Below are positions 1-8,442 of a stretch of 22,142 bases of DNA, piece by piece. Positions within the stretch are counted from its first letter, which is position 1. Every line of letters starts with the position of its first letter. The notes beneath the pieces were generated by a model, which saw only the letters and a program-made list of their open reading frames with translations, was not told the DNA's origin and ran no database searches. The translations under genes and the position numbers were made by a program. Source of the stretch: an uncultured bacterium (GTDB taxonomy: Bacteria; SAR324; NAC60-12); NCBI GenBank assembly GCA_965662845.1, contig CBFIJD010000017.1:37233-59374 (forward strand). Direction: 5' to 3'.

Positions 1-237
1 GACGACTATTTTGTAGAGCGCAAGTTGTATCCAAACGTCGACTTCTACAGCGGGATTATCTACAAAGCGATGGGCTTTCCCACAGACATGTTCACGGTGC
101 TTTTCGCGATGGGGCGCTTGCCTGGCTGGGTCTCCCACTGGATTGAGATGCACAACAGCGACTCTAAGATTGGGCGACCGCGCCAAATCTACACCGGCCC
201 CACCCAGCGCAACTATGTTCCCCTAGCCAACCGCTAA
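1..237 (+). CDS. gltA: Citrate synthase, C-terminal part (truncated by window start)
   Basis: Frame open from base 1: [47 protein letters not shown]...[14 protein letters not shown] and RPRQxY are citrate synthase signatures. Confidence 0.96.
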   Translation, partial: DDYFVERKLYPNVDFYSGIIYKAMGFPTDMFTVLFAMGRLPGWVSHWIEMHNSDSKIGRPRQIYTGPTQRNYVPLANR

Positions 238-253
238 TTTCCCCTATCTGTCA

Positions 254-274
254 GGCCAGTTTCTTTGACTGGCC
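254..274. terminator. Hairpin between convergent gltA and prmC, possible intrinsic terminator
   Basis: GGCCAGT (254-260) pairs with ACTGGCC (268-274). No clear U-tract. Confidence 0.4.
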
Positions 275-296
275 CTCTCTGCCCCGCACCCCTCCC

Positions 297-1181
297 TCAA
301 AGCAGCTGAGCCAGCAAAACGCGCGGATGTTGTTGCAGATCGCGACGGAACCCGACCCACTTCCACGCCGCATTCGCTTGCACCAGCGCCGTTACAGCCG
401 CTTCCTGATCAGACCCAATCTCTGCAATCAGCCAACCTCCTGCGCGTAACAGGCGAGGCCCTTCCTGCAAAAATTGTCGATACCAAAACAAACCGTCCTC
501 ACCGCCATCTAGCGCCAAGTGAGGCTCATAGCGCGCGACCTCCGGCTGCAAGGTCGCAATGACTTTCGAGGCGATGTAGGGCGGATTGCTGACCAGTGCG
601 TCAAACGCAGGGGCGGACCGTAGCGCGCTGAGACCATCCCCTTGCAGCAGCTGGAGCCGATTGCGGCGAGGCGCTAGCAATTCCGCATAGTTGGCACGAT
701 TGCGCCTCGCCACTTCCACGGCCTGCGGGCTGCGTTCGATGCACAGCCAATGGAGGTCTGTACGTTCGGCACAGAGCGCTAAGGGAATCGCTGCGGTCCC
801 CGTCCCCACCTCTAGCAGCCGCTGCGGCCCCTCTGGAAGATGCTCCAGCGCCGCTTCGACAAGCGTTTCGGTGTCGGGACGAGGAATCAAGGCCCCTGCT
901 GACACTGCGAGCCGTAGGTTCCAAAACTCTTGATATCCCAGCAGATACGCGACCGGCGTGCGCGCGGCACGACGACGGACTAAGTCTCGGTAAGTTTCTC
1001 GCTCAGCGTTGGTTAAGGGGCGGTCGGCTTGCAGATAGAGTTGCAACCGTTCACAGCGTAGCGTGTGCGCCAGTAACAGCTCCGCGTCCAGCCGCGGAGA
1101 CGAGATGTGCTTTTCTCGAAAAAATTGAGTTGTCCAGCGCAGTACGGTCTCGATGGTCCAGACTTCGGGCGGCTCAGGCAC
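297..1181 (-). CDS. prmC: Peptide chain release factor N5-glutamine methyltransferase (PrmC/HemK)
   Basis: SPRLDAELLLAH N-domain, PVAYLLG, LIPRPDTE, SAM motif EVGTGT, SNPPYI, ALDGGEDGL. GTG start overlaps the upstream stop. Confidence 0.96.
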   Translation of the reverse strand: MPEPPEVWTIETVLRWTTQFFREKHISSPRLDAELLLAHTLRCERLQLYLQADRPLTNAERETYRDLVRRRAARTPVAYLLGYQEFWNLRLAVSAGALIPRPDTETLVEAALEHLPEGPQRLLEVGTGTAAIPLALCAERTDLHWLCIERSPQAVEVARRNRANYAELLAPRRNRLQLLQGDGLSALRSAPAFDALVSNPPYIASKVIATLQPEVARYEPHLALDGGEDGLFWYRQFLQEGPRLLRAGGWLIAEIGSDQEAAVTALVQANAAWKWVGFRRDLQQHPRVLLAQLL

Positions 1182-1836
1182 GTTTCGCTACAGGAGCCAC
1201 GGCGGTTTTCTCATCTTCAGGCGGCGGAGGAGGAGGGACTTCTTTGTGGAAGCGGCTTTTGAGCGAATTCATCGCAGTTTGTACTCGCTTGATTTGCTCT
1301 TTGGACTGCTTCATCAGCTTGTCGGATGCGCGCTTGGCTTCGATAGAGAGTGACGACTCGGTCACGGTGATATCTCCGTTCACGGCGCACCAAGCGTGGC
1401 GACGCTCCAAAAATTCGATGTGTCCGTCAATCTGCATGCCGCGTTTGCGGCAGTCGTTCAGGCGCAGCTTCAGACGCTTCATGAAGTCTTCAGAGCGCTC
1501 TTCTTTGCGCATTTGGGCAAAACCGGCGTATGCCCGCTCGTAAAAAGAGCGCGACTCGCGAAACTTGACGCCCGCTTCAGTCCATTTGAGTTGGAACTGA
1601 TCGATCTCGGCCAAACGGAAGAGGCACCACGCTTGGTTGCGATACATATCTGGAGAGGTCTCTTGACGCAGCTCGGCAGATTTGCCGAACATCTCAATCG
1701 CGTTTACAAATTCTTCGGATTTGAGAGCGTTGCAACCGTCTTGATACAGCTGCTCGGATTGCTCTTGAGGAGAGGGCGACTCGGTCGGCGCTTCAGAAGC
1801 AGACTCGGTCGAAGGATCGGTCAGCGCATCCTGCAT
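1174..1836 (-). CDS. Hypothetical helical/TPR-like protein
   Basis: 220 aa; TPR-like pattern (LYQDGCNALKSEEFVNAIEMFGKSAEL...YRNQAWCLFRL); acidic N-terminus; C-terminal PPPPPP; 3' end overlaps the prmC start. Confidence 0.7.
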   Translation of the reverse strand: MQDALTDPSTESASEAPTESPSPQEQSEQLYQDGCNALKSEEFVNAIEMFGKSAELRQETSPDMYRNQAWCLFRLAEIDQFQLKWTEAGVKFRESRSFYERAYAGFAQMRKEERSEDFMKRLKLRLNDCRKRGMQIDGHIEFLERRHAWCAVNGDITVTESSLSIEAKRASDKLMKQSKEQIKRVQTAMNSLKSRFHKEVPPPPPPEDEKTAVAPVAKRA

Positions 1837-1865
1837 AGTTCAGTTTGGACAGAGAAGGGTTGGTT

Positions 1866-2180
1866 CTAAGGACAAGCATACGTGCCGGGGCCTACGACGA
1901 TCTCGGGAGTTCGCCCCATCGTTTGCGTTTGTCCGTTCTTGAAATAGACGGTGACCCGATCAGGGGACACAATCAGGACTTCGGGGGCACTGTCTTTCCA
2001 TGCCGCCCCGCGTTGGTGCTCTGGTTCATATACCACCTGACAGAGAAAGTCGATCTGCTGAGCCTGCAAAGTAGGATACAAAATAGACGATTTCGGTACG
2101 CTACAGGCGCACAGACACGAGACCACAACGAACCACATCCACGTTTGACGGAGGAAAACAAACGGCGACATCATAAGCAT
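1866..2180 (-). CDS. Hypothetical small exported protein / lipoprotein (start uncertain; ORF track begins at 2291)
   Basis: ATG at 2180 gives MLMMSPFVFLRQTWMWFVVVSCLCACSVPK..., a hydrophobic stretch ending in a lipobox-like LCAC. Co-oriented with its neighbours. Confidence 0.5.
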   Translation of the reverse strand: MLMMSPFVFLRQTWMWFVVVSCLCACSVPKSSILYPTLQAQQIDFLCQVVYEPEHQRGAAWKDSAPEVLIVSPDRVTVYFKNGQTQTMGRTPEIVVGPGTYACP

Positions 2181-2502
2181 TTTGAGAGAGACAGATCGGT
2201 GAGCCCTTACCGTTACAGGGAAAGCTTGCTTGCGCCTGCAAAGTTTGTGGAAAACTCCATGCGTTTTACCGAAAGCGTCCGCAGTCGCCACAAAAAAAGG
2301 TGGCTACGGAAGAAGTAGGGGACGGGTAGCGGCTTAGCGAACCAAACAGCTCGGACTTCTCATGGACAACTTCCTGCTCGCAGCAAAGGTGTGACGACGG
2401 CGTTCAAAGAGTCTTCAGATTTTAGTTTTTGGAGAGAGATCGGGAGTGTGGTCTTGAGGGGGACTTTGCGAAGTGCTTGAAAGCGGAGGAGTTTCAAAAG
2501 TG

Positions 2503-2589
2503 TGGTGCTGACGAGAGGAATCGAACCTCCACGGGGTTGCCCCCACTAGAACCTGAATCTAGCGCGTCTACCAATTCCGCCACGTCAGC
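2503..2589 (-). tRNA. tRNA-Leu (anticodon CAG), 87 nt, encoded CCA
   Basis: Minus strand reads GCTGACGTGGCGGAATTGGTAGACGCGCTAGATTCAGGTTCTAGTGGGGGCAACCCCGTGGAGGTTCGATTCCTCTCGTCAGCACCA: acceptor stem, anticodon arm CTAGA-TTCAGGT-TCTAG, long variable arm, GTTCGA T-loop. Confidence 0.97.
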
Positions 2590-2616
2590 TTTTGGAGGCG
2601 AGAAGGAAAGCGAAAA

Positions 2617-2645
2617 AGAATCGCAAACTGCTCTGGGCTTGTCAA
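2617..2645 (-). promoter_or_regulatory. Putative sigma70 promoter of tRNA-Leu
   Basis: On the minus strand, TTGACA (2645-2640), a 17-bp spacer, then GATTCT (2622-2617), about 27 nt upstream of the tRNA. Confidence 0.55.
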
Positions 2646-2665
2646 TAGGATTTTTCGCCCCGCCG

Positions 2666-3148
2666 CTACCAGCGCTCATCCACCTCAGACTGAAGCCACG
2701 CCAGATATTCCCGCGCTTCGGGGCTGCTTTCTGCTGGAGCCCACGGCGCAAAATCTTTTTTCACAGATGGGTCGTAAGGCCCGCGCTTGACCTCATAAAA
2801 CACGCTCCCCGACTCACGAGCGACAATGCTGTGATACCACCCTGCTGGAATATCCACGCCCCATGATTGTCGTCTCCCGTCCAGTGGCACGATCTCTTCA
2901 ATCGCTCCCTCTTCTTGGAAAAGAATTAGCGCGCCGCTGCCACGCAGCACCAAGAAAGCCTCTTCTTGGGGCGGGTCAAGGTGGCGATGCGGGCAGATAT
3001 AGCTCGTGGGCTCAATCGCGTTCAACAATCGATTGACCGGATCCTCATGCTCATGGAAATTGTAGTTCATGCGCAGACGGTCTGATTGCCTAGCGTCCCG
3101 ACTCACTTGTTGCAGCAACCGAGCGTCAATTTTTGTGACAGGTGACAT
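2666..3148 (-). CDS. WbuC-family cupin-fold metalloprotein
   Basis: ARQSDRLRMNYNFHE...VNRLLNAIEPTSYICPHRH, EAFLVLRG, GWYHSIVA, EVKRGPY, FAPWAP: the family pattern, with cupin His/Glu ligands. Confidence 0.88.
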   Translation of the reverse strand: MSPVTKIDARLLQQVSRDARQSDRLRMNYNFHEHEDPVNRLLNAIEPTSYICPHRHLDPPQEEAFLVLRGSGALILFQEEGAIEEIVPLDGRRQSWGVDIPAGWYHSIVARESGSVFYEVKRGPYDPSVKKDFAPWAPAESSPEAREYLAWLQSEVDERW

Positions 3149-3229
3149 GGGCTCCCTGATAAGTGATGCGTGGTCTGTTTTGTGTAAGGCTTGGCGGATA
3201 CATTTCTAATTTTTCGATAAAACAAGCGT

Positions 3230-4000
3230 ATGCATTTCCGAGTCCTGCTGTTGCTGTGGCTTTGCCTCGGCTTCGCAGTCCCCTTACTAGCGCAAGAAGA
3301 AGAAGACATCGCGCCGCTGCCTACGGATGACCCTCTGCTAGACCCAACAGCAGTAGCCGCGCAAACGACTGTCGGGGAGCGAACCTCGCGGAATTTTGCC
3401 TTCTTAGCCGGGTTGCAATATGGCGTGGGCCCCTTGCTGTTGACCTCACCGGGAATCGTTGTCGGGGTTTATACAGACCCGATCATTGTGGGGATGGAGT
3501 TCGTGGATTCCGACATCCTCAGCGCGTTCGATGATCTCCGCAAAGACGGCATCGGCAGCGTGCGCATCACCAACAACGTGGCTTTTGGGAAGGTCTTTGT
3601 CGGCCAGAGCTTCTATGTCGTTGGAGCCTATGAACAACGCAGCCTTGAGCTTTATGATCGCGGCTTCATCCGTTATGACCGCCGCGTCGACATCGACGGA
3701 GACGGCGTCACAGATGAACCAGGCACCGCCTATTATGACATGACCATCAACACCACCGCGGCGACCGTCGGCATTGGAGTCCAGAAGTTCTCTGAAAACT
3801 ATTTCACTTCCTTTGATTTCATCCGTTGGACTATCCCCTTAGAACAGTCGTACTCTGTAGAAGACACCTACACCAACTGGGACAGAGTCGACGGTGGACT
3901 AGAAGATTTGGAATCGGAGAAAGCTGGACGCCGAGATCGCTGGTATGGCACGATGGGGCTCCCCTCTGCGATGGTCTTCACCGCTGGCTTTGTCTTCTGA
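3230..4000 (+). CDS. Hypothetical exported protein, likely outer-membrane beta-barrel
   Basis: Signal peptide (MHFRVLLLLWLCLGFAVPLLA-Q), amphipathic beta-strand-like segments, C-terminal FTAGFVF ending in Phe. Confidence 0.7.
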   Translation: MHFRVLLLLWLCLGFAVPLLAQEEEDIAPLPTDDPLLDPTAVAAQTTVGERTSRNFAFLAGLQYGVGPLLLTSPGIVVGVYTDPIIVGMEFVDSDILSAFDDLRKDGIGSVRITNNVAFGKVFVGQSFYVVGAYEQRSLELYDRGFIRYDRRVDIDGDGVTDEPGTAYYDMTINTTAATVGIGVQKFSENYFTSFDFIRWTIPLEQSYSVEDTYTNWDRVDGGLEDLESEKAGRRDRWYGTMGLPSAMVFTAGFVF

Positions 4001-4010
4001 AATTGGTCGC

Positions 4011-4039
4011 TTGACAGCCTTCTGCGGCTTCAACATAAT
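4011..4039 (+). promoter_or_regulatory. Near-consensus sigma70 promoter
   Basis: TTGACA (4011-4016), a 17-bp spacer, then CATAAT (4034-4039), upstream of the 47-aa ORF and ilvE. Confidence 0.7.
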
Positions 4040-4065
4040 GCGGGCCTTTCTTTTGTCAGGCAAAT

Positions 4066-4209
4066 ATGCATAACACCAAATGGGTCGTTCGTGTTGCCCT
4101 GCTTCTCATCTTCAGCACCGCCTCGGCGACCGCTTACATGCTGCTGAACTATGATGACTATCGTCAGGACCAAACGTATCGCCAGATTCAATACATGAAC
4201 AGCCGCTGA
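4066..4209 (+). CDS. Small 47-aa protein with one hydrophobic segment (not in the ORF track)
   Basis: Hand translation: MHNTKWVVRVALLLIFSTASATAYMLLNYDDYRQDQTYRQIQYMNSR*. It follows the promoter and a weak CAGG RBS, and fills the gap before ilvE. Confidence 0.6.
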   Translation: MHNTKWVVRVALLLIFSTASATAYMLLNYDDYRQDQTYRQIQYMNSR

Positions 4210-4244
4210 CAATCACTGACCCCTTCCTCTTTGGACTCCCCTGC

Positions 4245-5318
4245 ATGCACATCGAACACGAGCTGTTGCCGCAAAGCGAGCGACGAACGCCGCCTGCTTC
4301 TATGAGTGGTGTTACTTTTGGAACCGTCTTCACAGATCACATGCTGGTCATGCGCTGGACGCTTGGCAAAGGCTGGCACTCTGCCCGCATCCAGCCCTAT
4401 CGCCCGCTACAGATCGCGCCATCCACGCTCGTCCTCCACTACGGACAGTCGGCCTTTGAAGGCATGAAAGCCTATCGCACAGAAGATCAGCGCCAAGTGC
4501 TGTTCCGGCCACGTCTCAACTTCGAGCGTCTCAACCGCACGGCGCACCGCATTTGTTTGCCAGAGATGGACATCGACGTCGCGGTCAACAGCCTGAAAGA
4601 TTTGCTGCGTATCGAGCGCAACTGGATTCCCAAAGAGCCTGGAACCTCTCTCTACATCCGCCCTACCCTGCTCGCTGTCGAGGAGGCGCTCGGGCTCAAA
4701 GTTTCGAGCGAATATCTATACTTTGTGATCCTCTGCCCCGTCGGCCCCTACTACCCTGAAGGATTCAACCCCGTAAAGATTGTGGTCGAAGAGCAATATG
4801 TTCGCGCAGCCCCAGGCGGTGTCGGGGAAGCCAAGACCGCCGGTAACTACGCCGCAAGCAATCTGGCCGAGAGAGAAGCCAAAGCCAAAGGCTTCACCCA
4901 AGTGCTCTGGCTCGATGCCGTCGAGCGAAAATATGTAGAAGAAGTTGGCTCCATGAACATCTTCTTCGTGTTTGAAGACGAGATTGTGACACCGCAGCTG
5001 ACCGGCACCATCCTCCCCGGCATCACACGACGCTCTGTGTTGGAGCTCGGCCACCACTGGGGCCTCAACATGATTGAGCGCCGCATCAGCATTCAAGAAG
5101 TCCTGGAAGGCATCCAAAACGGCGCGATCCGAGAAGTCTTTGGCTCCGGAACCGCAGCGGTCATCTCCCCTGTCGGCGCGCTGAGCTATCAAGCACAAAC
5201 GCACACCATCGGAGACGGCCAGACGGGCCCTGTGGCGCAACGCTTCTTCGACAACCTCACCGGCATTCAATATGGACGCTTGAGTGACCCTTTCGGTTGG
5301 TCTGAATCCATCGAATGA
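4245..5318 (+). CDS. ilvE: Branched-chain amino acid aminotransferase
   Basis: FGTVFTDHM, LHYGQSAFEGMKAY, LYIRP, PLP lysine motif AKTAGNY, EEVGSMN, ILPGITRRS, GTAAVISPVG. Confidence 0.96.
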   Translation: MHIEHELLPQSERRTPPASMSGVTFGTVFTDHMLVMRWTLGKGWHSARIQPYRPLQIAPSTLVLHYGQSAFEGMKAYRTEDQRQVLFRPRLNFERLNRTAHRICLPEMDIDVAVNSLKDLLRIERNWIPKEPGTSLYIRPTLLAVEEALGLKVSSEYLYFVILCPVGPYYPEGFNPVKIVVEEQYVRAAPGGVGEAKTAGNYAASNLAEREAKAKGFTQVLWLDAVERKYVEEVGSMNIFFVFEDEIVTPQLTGTILPGITRRSVLELGHHWGLNMIERRISIQEVLEGIQNGAIREVFGSGTAAVISPVGALSYQAQTHTIGDGQTGPVAQRFFDNLTGIQYGRLSDPFGWSESIE

Positions 5319-5989
5319 AACGCATCTGCGCAGCCACCTTTTGCCACCGAGACGCGAGCGAAGTTGCGCGGGATTTACTAGGAAAAGTCATTCGACATCG
5401 TTGGGAAGGTCAGTGGCTCGCAGCCCAAATCATCGAAACCGAAGCCTACTATCTGGCAGAGAAAGGAAGCCATGCCTCGCTGGGTTGGACTGCCAAACGC
5501 GACGCGCTCTTCAGAGAGCCTGGCACAATTTATATGTACTACGCGCATGGCGGAGACTCGTTCAACCTAAGCTGCGCGGGTGAAGGCAACGCTGTGCTGA
5601 TCAAATCAGGGGTCGTCTTTCCGCCACACAGCGACTCCGCCGACTGGCTCCAGATGGTCAACACTATGCAGCGACTCAATCCGCTGCGCGCGAAAACCCG
5701 TCCAGTCGAGAGGCTGTGCTCCGGTCAAACCCTCTTCTGTCGCTCGCTGCATTTGAAGGTCCCCAATTGGGATCAGCAGACCTTCTTAGACGGCGTGCTA
5801 GAACTCAACGAGACGGAGTATCGCCCGCTCACTATCTACCAGACAACGCGGCTAGGCATTCCTCTGGGAAGAGACGAACAGCTGCTCTATCGCTTCATTG
5901 ACGCGAGCTATGCGAAACAATGCACCAAAAATCCGTTGAGTCATCGAAAAAACAAACCAACTGTCGTCGCCCTTAACCCCCCTTTTTGA
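5315..5989 (+). CDS. mpg: DNA-3-methyladenine glycosylase (MPG/AAG family)
   Basis: VARDLLGK, IIETEAY, SHA, PGTIYMY, AVLIK, RLGI motifs. ATGA overlap with the ilvE stop. Confidence 0.9.
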   Translation: MKRICAATFCHRDASEVARDLLGKVIRHRWEGQWLAAQIIETEAYYLAEKGSHASLGWTAKRDALFREPGTIYMYYAHGGDSFNLSCAGEGNAVLIKSGVVFPPHSDSADWLQMVNTMQRLNPLRAKTRPVERLCSGQTLFCRSLHLKVPNWDQQTFLDGVLELNETEYRPLTIYQTTRLGIPLGRDEQLLYRFIDASYAKQCTKNPLSHRKNKPTVVALNPPF

Positions 5990-5995
5990 AACGCT

Positions 5996-6493
5996 ATGCG
6001 CGAACTTACTCTCCGCGAACAAATTCTCATTGGACTCATGGCGCTCTTCGGCGTCGTCCTCGCGGTCTTATTTGTGCAGAAGCAACTAGATGCACGTGAG
6101 ACGCGCTTGCTGCAACAGCTTGAGAGCAAACGAGAACAGTTAGCAGAGCTTGAGCGCTTAGGGCGTGAGTGGAGCGACCTCCAAGCGTTGCCAACGGCGC
6201 CCACGATGCAGGAGCCCCTCTCTGCGTTTGTGGAAGGAATCGCGCGGCAACTAGAAATTCAAGAAGGGCTGCAGCTCAATACCCTGAGCAGCCCTCCGGA
6301 GGGCATGGAAGGCGTGCAAGTTCGCTTAGACAAGCTCAACCTCGAACAAGCGCTCGACGTTTTGTATCAACTCGAAAATCACCACCCTGTGCTGCGACTC
6401 GAACAACTGCTCTTCAGCGTCTCTCCTGGAAATCGACAGATTCGCTTGAACTTCCAAGTTTTCAAACAACGCCCCGCAGTCACTAACTCCTGA
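5996..6493 (+). CDS. gspM: Type II secretion system protein M-like
   Basis: LTLREQILI N-terminus, one TM helix, coiled coil, then a ferredoxin-like C-domain (VQVRLDKLNLEQALDVLYQLEN). Adjacent to gspN-like and gspF genes. Confidence 0.78.
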   Translation: MRELTLREQILIGLMALFGVVLAVLFVQKQLDARETRLLQQLESKREQLAELERLGREWSDLQALPTAPTMQEPLSAFVEGIARQLEIQEGLQLNTLSSPPEGMEGVQVRLDKLNLEQALDVLYQLENHHPVLRLEQLLFSVSPGNRQIRLNFQVFKQRPAVTNS

Positions 6494-6514
6494 ACCCACC
6501 TTCCATACCTCACC

Positions 6515-7429
6515 TTGCTACGCCTCCTTGCACTGCTCGGCAAATCTCTTCTGGGCTTGCTGCTCATCATCACCCTGCTCAGCACAGCTTTGTTGATCGG
6601 ATTTCAACAGAACTTTCCGGGAGAAGCGCTCGCCAACTATCTGGAAGAGCAGCTCCGCGCTCGCACGCAGCTCAACACCGCGCTGGCCCCTCTCACGCTG
6701 GAGTGGACTCATCTAGGAACGGACTCTGTTCAAATAGAACGTCCTCCAACACTTTCTCAATTTCCGCTAGAGACGCTGTTGCAAATCACCTCCGTCCAGG
6801 TCCCGTTTGCTGCGGTGCTCCAGCGACAAGAGGTTACCTTGCAAGGGGAGCTTTATGGGGGGCAGCTGCAAATTCGCTCACCTCTCTCAGCTGATCGGGT
6901 GAATCTCACTGTCGATGACCTTTTGCTCAATCTCGTGCCCGCAGCAGCGACTCTTCCTTTTGGCTTTCCTGCCGGCGATTTTGCCTTACAGGCTGAGATC
7001 ACCAACCTCCCACAGCTTCAAAACCGTCAGCAACGCCTCCCGATGGGAACCGTCCGTGGCTCTGTGGACGACTTTCGGTTCCGTTGGAAAGAGCATCCGC
7101 TGTTGAAAGGTTTTGATCTGCCCGACTTACAGATCTCGAAAATTCAATATGACATTGCCCTAAATCAGCAGCTCATTGAGTTACGAGGCGCTCGCTTTGA
7201 GGGAGATGTGACCGGAGTGATCACCGGCAGTCTACGCTTGAACGAACGAACTCCGATTGATTCCAAGCTGGACCTTAAAATCAAAGTAAAGCTCTCAGAG
7301 GTGCTGCAAGACAAGCTAGGAGCCTTGCGCATGATGCTTCAGAGTTTTCAGTGTGGCGACGAAATTGACATTCAACTGCGGGGAACCTTGCGCCGCCTCG
7401 GTCCTCCACAACGCAATCGCTGTTCATGA
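6515..7429 (+). CDS. gspN: Type II secretion system protein N-like
   Basis: N-terminal TM followed by FPGEALANYLE, beta-rich body, ELYGG, C-terminal IQLRGTLRR. Directly after gspM; TTG start. Confidence 0.65.
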   Translation: MLRLLALLGKSLLGLLLIITLLSTALLIGFQQNFPGEALANYLEEQLRARTQLNTALAPLTLEWTHLGTDSVQIERPPTLSQFPLETLLQITSVQVPFAAVLQRQEVTLQGELYGGQLQIRSPLSADRVNLTVDDLLLNLVPAAATLPFGFPAGDFALQAEITNLPQLQNRQQRLPMGTVRGSVDDFRFRWKEHPLLKGFDLPDLQISKIQYDIALNQQLIELRGARFEGDVTGVITGSLRLNERTPIDSKLDLKIKVKLSEVLQDKLGALRMMLQSFQCGDEIDIQLRGTLRRLGPPQRNRCS

Positions 7430-8436
7430 AACGGATCGTTGGCGTTCTGTTGGGCGGGCTGCTGTTGAGCGGCGGGCTGCTGTGGCAAAGCTGGCAACAC
7501 CCCATTGGAGCCTCCACGGGCGAGATCCAAGTTCAGATCAAGCGCGGCAGCTCTTTTCAGCAAGTCATGCGGCAGCTCGAAGCCCAAGACCTGCTCTCGC
7601 AGCCGCTGTTCTTTCAAGGGCTAGCCTATGTGACCGGCCAGCAGTCTCGGATTCAAGCGGGCACCTTTCTCGTCAATCCGGCTTGGAACCATGCAACGCT
7701 GCTCGATCACCTCGTGTCTGGCCAGGCTCTGCTCACGCGCCTCACGTTTCCGGAAGGGCTGACCTTCGGCCAAATCACAGAACGTCTTCAGACCGCCGGT
7801 CTCGGCCAACGAGACGCCTATCAACAGCTCTTTCGCGATTCTGAATTACGCGAATTATCTGGAATTTCTGGACTGGCGACCTTGGAAGGAGTGCTCTTTC
7901 CAGAAACCTATTTTTTCTCCCCGCAGTACACAGAGCGGGAAATTCTTGCCCAGATGATTCGTGAGTTCCGAAGACGCTTCACGCAAATTCGCGCATCGGT
8001 TGCAGAGAAAGGAGTCTCTTTGGAGGATCATGAGGTGGTTGTGCTCGCCTCTATCATTGAAAAAGAGACCGCTTTGGAGAGTGATCGGGACAAAATTTCA
8101 GGAGTTTTTCACAATCGACTGCGCATCGGCATGAAGTTACAGAGTGACCCAACGGTCATCTATGGCATCCCTAATTTTGATGGAAACCTCACGCGCAAGC
8201 ATCTCACCACATCGACACCGTTCAACACCTACACAGAGCCGGGCTTGCCGCCAACTCCAATCAGCAATCCAGGAGAAGCCGCGTTGCGAAGCGCACTGCA
8301 ACCGGCTAACGTGAATTATCTGTATTTTGTCGCGAAGGGTGACGGAAGCAGCGCGTTCTCTCGCACGCTTCAAGAGCACAACCGCGCCGTTTACCAATAT
8401 CAAATTCGCCCCCATCGCACTTCTTCCTCTCGCTGA
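7426..8436 (+). CDS. mltG: Endolytic murein transglycosylase MltG (YceG family)
   Basis: LTFPEG, LEGVLFPETY, catalytic LASIIEKE, VFHNRLRIGMKLQSDPTVIY, FNTY...GLPPTPISNPG, YLYFVAKGDG. Confidence 0.95.
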   Translation: MKRIVGVLLGGLLLSGGLLWQSWQHPIGASTGEIQVQIKRGSSFQQVMRQLEAQDLLSQPLFFQGLAYVTGQQSRIQAGTFLVNPAWNHATLLDHLVSGQALLTRLTFPEGLTFGQITERLQTAGLGQRDAYQQLFRDSELRELSGISGLATLEGVLFPETYFFSPQYTEREILAQMIREFRRRFTQIRASVAEKGVSLEDHEVVVLASIIEKETALESDRDKISGVFHNRLRIGMKLQSDPTVIYGIPNFDGNLTRKHLTTSTPFNTYTEPGLPPTPISNPGEAALRSALQPANVNYLYFVAKGDGSSAFSRTLQEHNRAVYQYQIRPHRTSSSR

Positions 8437-8442
8437 TCGACT

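Noticed and set aside
2181..2502. Possible ncRNA, small gene or integrated element downstream of tRNA-Leu (GCCAC/GTGGC hairpin near 2288-2305)
   Set aside because: No recognisable RNA family, no start codon for the short CxxC-containing minus frame, no integrase and no duplicated tRNA 3' end seen.
2429..2866. ORFs 2429-2866 (+) and 2494-2751 (-)
   Set aside because: They overlap tRNA-Leu and the cupin gene, so they are shadow frames.
3212..3220. Single TTATCGAAA (minus strand) in the divergent promoter region between the cupin and the outer-membrane gene
   Set aside because: An isolated one-mismatch copy cannot be distinguished from chance.
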